From assembly GCA_017392945.1 (NCBI GenBank), contig JAFOSK010000057.1:13918-77917 (forward strand): 64,000 nt of DNA. Reading direction: 5' to 3'. The notes under the pieces are model-generated. The model searched no databases, was not told the origin of the DNA, and was given only the letters and a program-made list of their open reading frames with translations. A program made the translations under genes and the position numbers. The DNA comes from Treponema sp. (GTDB lineage Bacteria > Spirochaetota > Spirochaetia > Treponematales > Treponemataceae). Positions 19,690 through 29,574 of the stretch are shown here, one piece after another; the first letter of the stretch is position 1; each line of letters starts with the position of its first letter.

Positions 19690-21192
19690 ATGGAAAGAAA
19701 TCTAGCTATACCGTTATACGCAAACGAAGATACCTGCGGGTATTTTCCAGAAAAACAAGCGAGAATTCTTTATACTGATCACAAGATTTTTTGTGGAAAA
19801 AATGGTTTTTCTCTGCCTGAAAAGATTTGGTTCAATATGCTTTTGGAAAAAGGATTCCGGCGGAGTGGCAGGGTTTATTATACAAATGAATGTCAGGGAT
19901 GCCATGAATGTACTCCGATACGTATTCATGTTAAAGAGTTTGCCGCGTCAAAAAGTCAGCGCGTTGTTTTCAGAAAAAATTCAGATGTTACAGTTAAACT
20001 TCAGAAGAATCCGGAAACTTTTGTTTCAGAAAGAAAGATTTTTTTATTCAGGGAATATGATTATTATCATAACGGGCGGCGCAAATCCCTTGAAGAGACC
20101 AAAGAAACATTGTACTCAATTAACAGCGGCTATAGTGGCGTCTGGAATATGGAATTCTATTTGAGCGGTGAGCTTATAGCTGTCAGTATTCTGGATTATG
20201 GTGAAGATGAATTCGGACGACCAGTTTCATTGTCGTCAAATTATTTTTATTATGATATTTCTTCTCCTGTACTAAAAAGAAGTCCTGGAGTTTTCAGTGT
20301 TTTAAAAGAAATCGAACTTTGCCGCGAACTTGGAATTGAATATTATTATCTTGGTTTGTATCTTCCTAATTGTCGCAAAATGAATTATAAGTCTAATTAC
20401 AAACCGTATGAATTGTATTTGCAGGGTGAATGGGCTGGTAATGTAACAGATATTGAATCATATATAAACGAAGATTTTGTAATAAAATTTCCTAAGCCGG
20501 GGAATTTGCATGATGCACCGGATGTATGTTGTGCCACGGAAGATATGTCGGTTCAACTCTTGTATTCTGCGTATATGCAGGGCATTTTTCCATGGTTTAA
20601 TGAAGATGAAGGTCAGCCGGTTATCTGGTATTGTCCCGAAAAAAGATTTGTGCTTGAACCAAATCGGGTTCACGTTTCAAAATCCCTGAAAAAATTCCTT
20701 AAGAAAAATCCGTATACTTATACATTTGATACATGTTTTGAAGTTGTCATGCAGAATTGTGCTGAACAGGAACGTAAAGGGCAGAATGGAACCTGGATTG
20801 GTAAAAAGATTTTAAAAGCATATTCTGATTTTCACAGAGCTGGCTATGTTCACAGCGTTGAAGTCTGGTATAACGGAAAACTTGTAGGTGGATTTTACGG
20901 CGAACTGATTGGCAGCGTGTTTTTTGGAGAGTCAATGTTTACGATAGAAGATAACAGTTCAAAATCTGCCTTTGTGTTGTTTGCGCAGGCATTTGCAGAA
21001 GCCGGTGGTACTTTAATAGACTGTCAGGTCTATACAGAGAACATGGAACGTTATGGTGCACATGAAATTTCCAGGGAGGAATTTATTGCCCGGCTTGAAA
21101 GCGGCTTGAATAAGAAAATTGGATTTGACGCTGTGAAATCAGAATTTATAAAAATTTCAGGAAGGTCAGAAGTCGATAAAAAACGCCGCTAA
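19690..21192 (+). CDS. aat: Fusion of arginyl-tRNA-protein transferase-like (ATE/Bpt) and Leu/Phe-tRNA-protein transferase (Aat) domains
   Basis: N-half: 'CGY', 'GFRRSG', 'CQGCHEC', 'YYYLGLY...KMNYK'. C-half: 'AYMQGIFPWF', 'HSVEVW', 'VGGFYG', 'FFGESMF', 'IDCQ'. Confidence 0.88.
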   Translation: MERNLAIPLYANEDTCGYFPEKQARILYTDHKIFCGKNGFSLPEKIWFNMLLEKGFRRSGRVYYTNECQGCHECTPIRIHVKEFAASKSQRVVFRKNSDVTVKLQKNPETFVSERKIFLFREYDYYHNGRRKSLEETKETLYSINSGYSGVWNMEFYLSGELIAVSILDYGEDEFGRPVSLSSNYFYYDISSPVLKRSPGVFSVLKEIELCRELGIEYYYLGLYLPNCRKMNYKSNYKPYELYLQGEWAGNVTDIESYINEDFVIKFPKPGNLHDAPDVCCATEDMSVQLLYSAYMQGIFPWFNEDEGQPVIWYCPEKRFVLEPNRVHVSKSLKKFLKKNPYTYTFDTCFEVVMQNCAEQERKGQNGTWIGKKILKAYSDFHRAGYVHSVEVWYNGKLVGGFYGELIGSVFFGESMFTIEDNSSKSAFVLFAQAFAEAGGTLIDCQVYTENMERYGAHEISREEFIARLESGLNKKIGFDAVKSEFIKISGRSEVDKKRR

Positions 21193-21211
21193 GTGAATCT
21201 CAGCGGCGTTT
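21181..21211. terminator. Bidirectional terminator between convergent aat and pbuX
   Basis: AAACGCCGCT/AGCGGCGTTT inverted repeat. Confidence 0.7.
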
Positions 21212-21250
21212 GATATCAGCAGATATTTTTATTCGAGCAGAAAGGTTCCT

Positions 21251-22558
21251 TTATTCGCTCTTTTCTTTTGGAAGAACAAGATCAAGGAATATTGCAAGTA
21301 CGAATACAACTGCAACGCAGTTTTCAGCAAAAATACTCTGGAAAATAGAAGGGAAGATTTTGAACATGCCTAAGCACTGTGTAAATCCCAATCCAATGGA
21401 AAGTGAAAGTGCAGCGATAGAAATGTTTCTTTCTGAATATCCGCATTTTCCGATCATCTGGAATCCTGCAAGAACTATTCGACCAAACATGATGATCGTA
21501 CAACCGCCAAGAACAGACTGAGGAATAGTCCTTAAGACTTCACCAAAGATTGGGAATATACCTGCGATGATAAGTATCACAGCGCCTGTTCCTATTGTAA
21601 ATCTGTTTACAACTTTTGTCATTGCAACAAGACCGACATTCTGACTGAACGATGTGATTGGAGAACAGCCGAAAAGACCTGCGATTGCGCTTATAAAACC
21701 GTCTGATGCAATTGAACCAGAAAGTTCCTTTGTTTCTACGCTTCTGTTAAGACCGCTTTCGCATACGGCGGATGTATCTCCTATAGTCTCTGTTGCAGAA
21801 ACAAGATATATTACAATCATCGAAAGAATTGCATTAAAGTTAAATTCCGGCTTAAAAGGAAGAATTGCAGGAAGGGATACGATTCCTGTTGTTCCGATGA
21901 TGCTGAAGTCAACTTCTCCAAGAATTATTGCAAGAATGTAACCACAGATAAGTCCGAACAGAACGGCAATTACCTTGAGGTATCCTTTAAGGAAAACCTG
22001 GAATGCAAGGCATGAAGCAAGGGTAACGGCTCCGATTATCCAGTTGTTAACTGAACCAAAATCCTGGGAACCAACTCCGCCTGCAAATGAATTTGCGCCT
22101 ACAGTAAGCAGTGAAAATCCGATTGCGGCTACTACAGTTGATGCAACTATTGGAGAAATTATTTTTATCCAATATTTTGCAAACAGTCCGAGAATGCCTT
22201 CTATTACACCGCCTACGATTACACAACCAATTACCGTTTCTATGTTGTAATTTGAACCGATAAAAAGAACCGTGTTAAGGAATGTAAAACTGATTCCCAT
22301 TACAATCGGCAGCCCGGAACCGATTTTCCAAATTGGATGAAGCTGAATCAAAGTTCCGATTCCGGCAACGATCATTGCGTTCTGAATAAGACGGATGCTT
22401 AGCGCATCATCCAGTTTGAGAACAGAAGCAATAATCATAATAGGAGTGATGTTTGCAACAAACATTGCAAGAATGTGCTGCAATCCAAGAGGAATGGCGT
22501 TTTTTAAGGGTACAAAGCCATCTAGTTTGTAAATGTTGTTTACGTTTCCATTTTTCAT
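21251..22558 (-). CDS. pbuX: Nucleobase:cation symporter-2 (xanthine/uracil permease)
   Basis: 'GLQHILAMF', 'GISFTF', 'ETIGD', 'TSFSQNVGLV'; downstream of xpt. Confidence 0.88.
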   Translation of the reverse strand: MKNGNVNNIYKLDGFVPLKNAIPLGLQHILAMFVANITPIMIIASVLKLDDALSIRLIQNAMIVAGIGTLIQLHPIWKIGSGLPIVMGISFTFLNTVLFIGSNYNIETVIGCVIVGGVIEGILGLFAKYWIKIISPIVASTVVAAIGFSLLTVGANSFAGGVGSQDFGSVNNWIIGAVTLASCLAFQVFLKGYLKVIAVLFGLICGYILAIILGEVDFSIIGTTGIVSLPAILPFKPEFNFNAILSMIVIYLVSATETIGDTSAVCESGLNRSVETKELSGSIASDGFISAIAGLFGCSPITSFSQNVGLVAMTKVVNRFTIGTGAVILIIAGIFPIFGEVLRTIPQSVLGGCTIIMFGRIVLAGFQMIGKCGYSERNISIAALSLSIGLGFTQCLGMFKIFPSIFQSIFAENCVAVVFVLAIFLDLVLPKEKSE

Positions 22559-22576
22559 ATAAGTTTCCTTAATTAT

Positions 22577-23158
22577 TTAAGAGTTTCTGAATTTAATTGA
22601 ACCGGTTGCAGGATCCATGGACTCAACAATGGCAATAGATTCCAGCTGGAAACCTTTATCTCTGATAATTTTTCCGCCTTCCTGAAAACCTTTTTCAATT
22701 GCAATACCGATTCCGACTACTTCTGCACCTGCCTGACGTACTATTTCTGTAAGACCTAAAAGGGCCGCTCCCCTGGCAAGAAAATCGTCGATGATAAGAA
22801 CCTTATCCTCTGGCTGTAAGTATTTTTTTGAAACAAATACATGGTTCAAGCAGTTATGTGTGAAAGATTCAACATCAGCTGCGTATTTATCTCCGTCAAT
22901 ATTGATGCTCTGTGTTTTTTTTGCGAAGAGAACAGGAACGTTAAAATAACGGGCAACGATACATGCAATGCCGATGCCGCTTGCTTCGATGGTAAGGATT
23001 TTTGTAATCTTTTTTCCGGCAAACCTTCTTTTTAATTCAGCACCTATCTGTTCCAAAAGTGAAATATCAATCTGGTGATTCAAAAAACTGTCTACTTTCA
23101 GTACGTTGCCTTCGCGGATAACACCGTCTTTTACAATTCGTTCTTCTAGAAAATTCAT
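22577..23158 (-). CDS. xpt: Xanthine phosphoribosyltransferase
   Basis: 'LKVDSFLNHQID', 'TIEASGI', 'IIDDFLARG', 'IEKGFQ'. Confidence 0.95.
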   Translation of the reverse strand: MNFLEERIVKDGVIREGNVLKVDSFLNHQIDISLLEQIGAELKRRFAGKKITKILTIEASGIGIACIVARYFNVPVLFAKKTQSINIDGDKYAADVESFTHNCLNHVFVSKKYLQPEDKVLIIDDFLARGAALLGLTEIVRQAGAEVVGIGIAIEKGFQEGGKIIRDKGFQLESIAIVESMDPATGSIKFRNS

Positions 23159-23196
23159 ATTTTTACTTCCGTAAATATTTTTTCAGTAGAGATTTC

Positions 23197-23895
23197 TTAA
23201 AAAGAAACTCCCTCTGCTCCGTATTCCTTGTAATAAGAATCAATTGACTTCTTTATTTCTTCTGTGATGATTTTTTTGTCCCCGTTTGTGTAAAGGGCTT
23301 CTACAACGTCTGCCATAGAAACGATTGCTTTTGCCGGGAATCCGTATTTTTCTGTGATTGTATCCAAAGCAGACTTTGCTGTGTCAGCGGCTTTTTCCAT
23401 ACGGTTAAGACTTACTATTTCACCGATGATTTTGATTCCGCCTGGGGTTGATTCCTGCGCTTTGATTTTTGGATAAGTTTCCTCGATAGATTTACCGGAA
23501 GTGGTTACATCTTCAATGATTACAACGCGGTCTCCGTCCTTGATCTTATATCCAAGAAGGGCACCTTTGTCTGCTCCGTGGTCTTTTTCTTCTTTTCTGT
23601 CCGAGCAGTATTTGATTTCTTTTCCGTAGAGTTTTGAATAAGCTACGGCCGTAACTACTGCAAGCGGGATTCCTTTATAAGCTGGTCCGAAGAATACGTC
23701 GATGTCGTCTCCGAAATTATCGTGGATTGCCTTTGCGTAAAATTCGCCCAGACGTGCAAGCTGGCTTCCTGTAACGTAAGCTCCGGCATTCATAAAGAAC
23801 GGGCTTTGTCTACCGCTTTTTAATGTAAATGAACCAAATTTTAAAACCTGGCACTCAACCATAAAGTCAATGAATTCTTTCTTATACTGTTCCAT
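23197..23895 (-). CDS. pyrE: Orotate phosphoribosyltransferase
   Basis: 'FTLKSGRQSPFF', 'FGPAYKGIP', 'RKEEKDHG', 'IIEDVTTSG'. Confidence 0.96.
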   Translation of the reverse strand: MEQYKKEFIDFMVECQVLKFGSFTLKSGRQSPFFMNAGAYVTGSQLARLGEFYAKAIHDNFGDDIDVFFGPAYKGIPLAVVTAVAYSKLYGKEIKYCSDRKEEKDHGADKGALLGYKIKDGDRVVIIEDVTTSGKSIEETYPKIKAQESTPGGIKIIGEIVSLNRMEKAADTAKSALDTITEKYGFPAKAIVSMADVVEALYTNGDKKIITEEIKKSIDSYYKEYGAEGVSF

Positions 23896-23901
23896 GCACC
23901 T

Positions 23902-23930
23902 ATTTTATCGAATGGCGCATTTCTGCTCAA
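23902..23930 (-). promoter_or_regulatory. sigma70 promoter of pyrE (TTGAGC-17-TAAAAT), ending 6 nt from the ATG
   Basis: Minus strand reads ttgagc-N17-taaaat-aggtgc-ATG. Confidence 0.55.
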
Positions 23931-23988
23931 TGTTAAGTGCCAGTTTTAAAATGAAAAATGCTTACATTATGCTAATTTACAGGTTTTT

Positions 23989-24537
23989 TCAGCGTTCCAG
24001 TCCGAGAACTGTAAATACATTTGTTTCTTCATTAAGGAATCCCGAAAGCTTTACAAATTTTCCGTTAAGTTCGTTTAATGTCTGTATTGTTACAGGCTCC
24101 GGGCACTTAAGGTCTTTTTTGGCTTCCTTGCGACCAAAAGGCTCTTTATCGTTAAGTTTCTTTTTGGCTAACATCTTATCCTTCTCATTTTTACACCTTT
24201 TGTCCGGAAAGTCTTCTTCTGGCAGACCCGCTCTTCTTTTAAATTGTACTAAATTAATAACGTATGAAATTCTGTTTTCTGAGTCAAAGCGGAAAAGTTT
24301 CTGCTCTCCTTCTCCTTCAATGCGGACAGTCCCTTTTATGCAATCCGGTTTGAACTGGAATTTTTCATCTTGTATGTTACCTCTTGGTTTTCCAGGTGGC
24401 ATATCAGGACGTTTTTCTGTCATAATTGCATCACTTGAATCACTGTTTGCAGAGTTCTGTGCAAAAGCCGAAAGTCCGCCACTTGCTAAAATCATAGTGG
24501 CGCATGTAATTGATTGAATTTTTCTTTTTGCATTCAT
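23989..24537 (-). CDS. Hypothetical exported protein
   Basis: Signal peptide 'LSAFAQ'; GAGGTG SD; basic low-complexity insert. Confidence 0.65.
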   Translation of the reverse strand: MNAKRKIQSITCATMILASGGLSAFAQNSANSDSSDAIMTEKRPDMPPGKPRGNIQDEKFQFKPDCIKGTVRIEGEGEQKLFRFDSENRISYVINLVQFKRRAGLPEEDFPDKRCKNEKDKMLAKKKLNDKEPFGRKEAKKDLKCPEPVTIQTLNELNGKFVKLSGFLNEETNVFTVLGLER

Positions 24538-24643
24538 AATACACCTCTGCCATATAAAAAAATATTGAAAAAAAAGGTAACGATTTTCTGATTATTTTTT
24601 TTGATATATGTATAATGGCTGTAGGAGAGATAGGAGAAAAAAA

Positions 24644-25879
24644 TTGAAGAAGACTATATCGTTAATATTGCTTGCATTTATTCTTGTGTTTAGTGCAGCG
24701 GCAAAAGCCAAGCAGAAAGAGACTTATTCGGTTACGGTTCAGCAGGAATTTAAACTGGATAAATTCAACAGACAATTGGGCTATCAATTTATTGAAGACG
24801 GTGAAAAACTTGTGTTTGTTTTTGATGCAGATAAATGGCAGATTCAGAGACCTAAGAGGGTTTTTGTTAGCGGAACTTTTAATGGCTGGAAAAAGAAAGA
24901 TTCTGTGTGGGAACTTAGTCAGGTAAAAGAAAAACTTTTTGAACTTGAATGTGCCAGAATGGATATAGCTGTTCCGGGAAATTTTGGTTACCCAGAATTT
25001 AAATTTATTGTAGTTGAGGATGTTGAATATATTGAAACTGTCTGTGGAAAATCTTTAACACGTTACAGGGTTGAAACAACGGAACTTGATTCTATAGCAA
25101 GGCTTCCCGGATATAAAGTTGAAAATGCAACACTCATTGTTTACCCTGGAGCAGATGCAAGCCGGATTGTAGAAAATGCCGATACAGCAAGAACTGTAAA
25201 AAAACTTAAGGATTTTGATCTTTCCAATGAAGCTGATTGTGCGAAAATTTCAAACTTCAGGCAGGTACCAGGACTTTCAAATCTTTATCGTGGATACCAT
25301 CCCTATAAGATTTCAAAACCGGGGTATGATACTGAAAAAATAAGGATCAAACTTGTAAACGACTACCTTAAGAAGACCGGAATAAAAACGATAATTACAC
25401 TTTCAGGAGATGAAGCCCTTGTAGACGGAAAAGAACAGCTTCCTGTGTTCATAACAGATATCCGACGTAATAAGAGCGAGCTTTTTTTGGAACCGACTTA
25501 CAGTATGGTTTATTACCAGACGGCTGGGCGTGAGTTTTCTGACTTTATTGCACAGATAGTCCGCTATATAAACAGCCACGAAGGTCCGTATTATGTTCAT
25601 GGTCGCCTTGGAAATGACAGTACAGGCGTTGTTTGTGCCGTGCTCGCTGCTCTTTGCGGAACCAGTTGGGACGAAATCGCCGCAGATTATCAGAAGTCAA
25701 ATGAAATGGGTATAAAAGAATTCCGTGACTACAAACTGCTTCAGTATTCTTTTGAGCGGCTGGTCGGCATTCCTATGACTGAAGTCACGGATTTAAAATC
25801 CGTAATGACGCAGGTTTTTTTGGATTCAAAGTCCCTTACAAAAACGGAAATTGAGCTTTTAAATCAAAAATTAAAATAA
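24644..25879 (+). CDS. Exported CBM48/E-set domain + protein-tyrosine-phosphatase-fold protein (pseudophosphatase)
   Basis: TTG start after AGGAG; signal peptide; 'VFVSGTFNGW...EFKFIV'; 'NFR...LYRG...GIKTIITL...GPYYVHGRLGNDSTG...DYQKS'. Confidence 0.75.
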   Translation: MKKTISLILLAFILVFSAAAKAKQKETYSVTVQQEFKLDKFNRQLGYQFIEDGEKLVFVFDADKWQIQRPKRVFVSGTFNGWKKKDSVWELSQVKEKLFELECARMDIAVPGNFGYPEFKFIVVEDVEYIETVCGKSLTRYRVETTELDSIARLPGYKVENATLIVYPGADASRIVENADTARTVKKLKDFDLSNEADCAKISNFRQVPGLSNLYRGYHPYKISKPGYDTEKIRIKLVNDYLKKTGIKTIITLSGDEALVDGKEQLPVFITDIRRNKSELFLEPTYSMVYYQTAGREFSDFIAQIVRYINSHEGPYYVHGRLGNDSTGVVCAVLAALCGTSWDEIAADYQKSNEMGIKEFRDYKLLQYSFERLVGIPMTEVTDLKSVMTQVFLDSKSLTKTEIELLNQKLK

Positions 25880-26030
25880 ATTGTTCATATTTCGAGTTTT
25901 ACTATAAAATACGTGTGCTGTTAACATGGCGCACGGTATTATATTTTGACAGATATTATTCGCATTTCGTTCCATTTTTTTATTGTTTTGTGAAATCCGA
26001 TATTCAGTATAAATAGCGTTTTTAAAATAA

Positions 26031-26080
26031 AAAACTGCCTTGATACGTACGTTAAAAAGTACGGTACAACAGGCAGTTTT
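26031..26080. terminator. Long hairpin terminator between convergent genes
   Basis: AAAACTGCCT...AGGCAGTTTT with inner CGTAC/GTACG. Confidence 0.7.
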
Positions 26081-26106
26081 GTGATATTTGAAAAATTATC
26101 AGGAAC

Positions 26107-26430
26107 TTATTTCTTTGTAGCTTTTGTAACAACAACAGAGTTGTCTGCATTTGAATATGGTGCAGGAATATATTTGTCAGCCTGCCAATCATTTTCCCAT
26201 TTGTACCCATCTAAAAGATAACGGAACTGATATTCTTTATCTGCATCCAATTCAAGTTTTACAGAGAAAGAACCGTCTTTGCCTTTTTTTAACGGAGTGT
26301 CTGTGCTGCTCCAGCTGTTAAAATCACCTGCGATATTTACTGTTTTTGCCCCCTGAGCGGCTTCTGCAGAAACAGTGAAAGTTACATTACACTTTGATTT
26401 GTCTTTTGAAAAAGTCTTTTTAAGAGACAT
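26107..26430 (-). CDS. Stand-alone isoamylase early-set / CBM48 domain protein
   Basis: 'VNIAGDFNSW', 'YQFRYLLDG..WEND..AD', 'NSVV'. Confidence 0.9.
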   Translation of the reverse strand: MSLKKTFSKDKSKCNVTFTVSAEAAQGAKTVNIAGDFNSWSSTDTPLKKGKDGSFSVKLELDADKEYQFRYLLDGYKWENDWQADKYIPAPYSNADNSVVVTKATKK

Positions 26431-26782
26431 TGTACTCCTCCTTTTTGAAATACCTGTATTTTAAGGATATTAATAATTATACAACAATTTGAAAAAAATA
26501 TACAAGAAAATTGTTAAAAAACGCATAAAATATAGATTTTATCGATGTTTTAACTATAAAAAACATGGTTTTGAATGTTACGACTCACCAGAAAGTAAAT
26601 TTATATATAAGCAGAAGCTTTATCCGGACTTTAAAACATTATAATGCTTTATCTTGAGATACTTGCAGTATTTGGAGTTTTGGTATATTTTGTTTGGGTA
26701 TAGTCAGTTGGAACCGTTGATTTATCCAAATTGCAATCGGTTGGGTTTTAGGCCTGAAAATCTGCTAAATAGGAGTCTTTTT

Positions 26783-27997
26783 ATGGAAATTTTCTCTTCA
26801 AAATCAAATCATTATTTATTTACGTCTGAATCTGTTGGCGAAGGCCATCCTGATAAACTATGCGATCAGATCAGTGATGCAATTCTTGATGCATGTCTGG
26901 AACTTGATCCGGATGCACACGTTGCCTGTGAAACATTTGCTACAACAAACTTTGTTCTTATCGGCGGGGAAATAAGTTTTAGAAAGAATGCAAAACAGAA
27001 TATAAAATTCATCAAAAAAAATGCAGAAAAAATTGCTCGTCAGGTTGCAAAAGAAATTGGTTATACAAGCGCTGACTATGGGCTTGACTGTAAAAAATTT
27101 AAGTTTATGAATAGGCTGCATGCTCAGTCAGCAGATATAAATCAGGGTGTCGTAGGTGCAGGGCTGGCAGAGTTTAAAGGTCAGCAGGGTGCCGGAGATC
27201 AGGGAATGATGTTTGGATTTGCCTGCAACGAAACGCCGGCTCTTATGCCTGCACCAGTTTATTATGCACATAAAATTCTTTTAGCGGCTTCTTCTCTGCG
27301 AAAATCTGGAAAAATTAACTGGCTTCGTCCTGATGCAAAAAGTCAGGTTACAATTGAATATGAAGGAAATAAACCTCTTAGGATTGATACTGTAGTTGTT
27401 TCGCATCAGCATGATCCAGAAATAAGCTACAATGAAATAAAGAAGACTATTATTGAGCAGATAATCAAACCTGTACTTGAACCGACGGGCTTGCTTGATG
27501 AAAATACAAAGTACCACATCAATCCTACAGGAAACTTTGTTATTGGGGGACCGGACGGAGACGCTGGTCTTACAGGTCGAAAAATAATCGTTGATACTTA
27601 CGGTGGAATGGGCCGGCATGGTGGCGGAGCCTTCAGTGGAAAGGATCCTTCTAAGGTTGACCGTTCTGCGGCTTACATGGCGCGTTATATTGCAAAAAAT
27701 ATCGTGGCTGCTGACCTTGCAGACCGTGCTGAAGTTCAGTTGGCTTATGCTATTGGAGTTCCGTTCCCTGTTTCAATTATGGTAGAGACTTTTGGTACAG
27801 AAAAGGTTTCAATTTCAAAGATAGAAGCTGCTGTAAAATCTGTATTTGATTGTACTCCGGCAGGAATCAGCGAAACGCTTAATCTTCGTCGTCCTATTTA
27901 TAAGCCTACTGCAAGTTACGGTCATTTTGGCCGCAGTGAATTCCCGTGGGAACAGACTGACAAGGTTGATGCACTTAAGGCCGCTGTCCGTGGATAG
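26783..27997 (+). CDS. metK: S-adenosylmethionine synthetase
   Basis: '[13 protein letters not shown]', 'GAGDQG', '[14 protein letters not shown]', '[16 protein letters not shown]'. ATG26783 follows AGGAG. Confidence 0.98.
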   Translation: MEIFSSKSNHYLFTSESVGEGHPDKLCDQISDAILDACLELDPDAHVACETFATTNFVLIGGEISFRKNAKQNIKFIKKNAEKIARQVAKEIGYTSADYGLDCKKFKFMNRLHAQSADINQGVVGAGLAEFKGQQGAGDQGMMFGFACNETPALMPAPVYYAHKILLAASSLRKSGKINWLRPDAKSQVTIEYEGNKPLRIDTVVVSHQHDPEISYNEIKKTIIEQIIKPVLEPTGLLDENTKYHINPTGNFVIGGPDGDAGLTGRKIIVDTYGGMGRHGGGAFSGKDPSKVDRSAAYMARYIAKNIVAADLADRAEVQLAYAIGVPFPVSIMVETFGTEKVSISKIEAAVKSVFDCTPAGISETLNLRRPIYKPTASYGHFGRSEFPWEQTDKVDALKAAVRG

Positions 27998-28000
27998 CTT

Positions 28001-28633
28001 ATGCCGTTGCTCGGAGCTAAGGAAATAAGGGAGATTTTTGAGCGTTTTAAAGCTCAAAATCCCGAACCAAAGCCGGAATTGAATTATTATTCTCCGTACA
28101 CACTGCTGATTGCGGTTGTTTTGTCTGCGCAGACTACGGACAAGAGTGTTAATAAAGTAACGTCGCAACTGTTCAAACTTGCGGATACGCCGGAAAAAAT
28201 GTGCCTTCTTTCGCAGGAAGAAATTATAGAAATAATCCGTCCGATTGGGCTTACACAGGCAAAAAGCAAAAATATACTTGCCTTGAGCAAAAAAATAATT
28301 GAAAATTTTAATGGAAAAGTTCCTGATACGCGAGAACAATTGATGACTTTACCAGGTGTCGGACGAAAGACAGCAAATGTTGTCCTGAATGTTGTTTTTG
28401 GAAGGCATACAATGCCGGTCGATACTCATCTTTTTCGAATCTGTCCGCTTATAGGGCTTGCGGAAGGCAATACGCCGGAAAAAGTTGAAAAGAGCCTTGT
28501 TGAACGGATTCCGGACGAATATATGGAACATGCGCATCATTGGCTTATCCTTCATGGTCGTTATGTCTGTACCGCAAAAAATCCGAAGTGCAAAGAATGT
28601 CTTATATGTGATATTTGTTTGGGTGGAAAATAA
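28001..28633 (+). CDS. nth: Endonuclease III
   Basis: 'LSAQTTD', HhH 'LPGVGRKTANV', 'VDTH', C-x6-C-x2-C-x5-C. Confidence 0.97.
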   Translation: MPLLGAKEIREIFERFKAQNPEPKPELNYYSPYTLLIAVVLSAQTTDKSVNKVTSQLFKLADTPEKMCLLSQEEIIEIIRPIGLTQAKSKNILALSKKIIENFNGKVPDTREQLMTLPGVGRKTANVVLNVVFGRHTMPVDTHLFRICPLIGLAEGNTPEKVEKSLVERIPDEYMEHAHHWLILHGRYVCTAKNPKCKECLICDICLGGK

Positions 28634-28654
28634 TATTCATTCAGGAGTTTTTTT

Positions 28655-29533
28655 ATGGAAGAAAATCATGGTTTGCAGGATGCCGTAAGTTGCGCGGCTC
28701 AGAATACCTTTGGAACTATGTTTGGTTCATTATCAGACTTTTTCAAATCTCTGTTCACTTTAGAAAATCTTTTCAGGGGAGCAGGAATCTGTATTGTCTT
28801 TGTAGTGCTTGCTTTTTTGTTCATTATTGGTAAAAAGAGCATCAGCCGTATTCCTGAAGAAAAAATTGCCAAGCATCATTCATTTTTGATTCAAAAGATG
28901 ATGAAATATGCGTTCGTCATATTGGCCATTATGTGCGTTCTTAGTCTTTTTGGGGTAAAGCTTAGCGCAATATGGGGTGCAGCAGGAATTGCTGGAGTTG
29001 CGATTGGTTTTGCAGCTCAGACTTCGATGAGTAATCTTATAAGCGGTCTTTTTGTTCTTGGAGAAAAAGCTGTAAAGGTCGGCGATTTTATTGTTGCCGG
29101 TGAAGTAAGCGGTACAGTTGATTCAATTGGACTTTTGAGCATAAAAATTCATACTCGTGATAATCAGATGGTCAGAATTCCAAATTCGACTATCATAAAT
29201 TCTAATTTTCAGAATAACAGTTTTTTTCCTCAAAGAAGATTTACTTTTTCAGTTTCGGTAGATTATTCGACTGATATGGAAAAGGCCCTTGAAGCAATAA
29301 AAAACGTTCCTACTCTGTGTCCGACGGTTCTTAGTGAGCCAGAACCTTCCGCCTGGTATGATGGTTTTGGAGAGAGCGGAATAAATCTTTCGCTTGCTGT
29401 ATGGATGAATTGCAATGATCTTGTAAAAGTAAAGAATGAAGTTTATATAGCAATCAAAAAAGTATTTGATGAAAAAGGAATTTCAATTCCATTTAATAAA
29501 CTTGATGTTGAAATTGTAAAAGGAAATGTCTAG
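28655..29533 (+). CDS. mscS: Small-conductance mechanosensitive channel
   Basis: 'GIAGVAIGFAAQ', 'VGDFI', 'GTVDSI', 'IPNS', 'ISIPF'. Confidence 0.92.
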   Translation: MEENHGLQDAVSCAAQNTFGTMFGSLSDFFKSLFTLENLFRGAGICIVFVVLAFLFIIGKKSISRIPEEKIAKHHSFLIQKMMKYAFVILAIMCVLSLFGVKLSAIWGAAGIAGVAIGFAAQTSMSNLISGLFVLGEKAVKVGDFIVAGEVSGTVDSIGLLSIKIHTRDNQMVRIPNSTIINSNFQNNSFFPQRRFTFSVSVDYSTDMEKALEAIKNVPTLCPTVLSEPEPSAWYDGFGESGINLSLAVWMNCNDLVKVKNEVYIAIKKVFDEKGISIPFNKLDVEIVKGNV

Positions 29534-29574
29534 ATAGACTGCAGAAACAGATATTAAGAACCGAGGTAGGATAT

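Noticed and set aside
23159-23196. Purine riboswitch before xpt-pbuX
   Set aside because: Only 38 nt between pyrE and xpt, too short and lacking the consensus.
26654-26782. N-terminal extensions in the ORF track (metK; also 19603, 24608, 43249, 60965)
   Set aside because: Downstream starts fit SD or promoter positions and family N-termini better.
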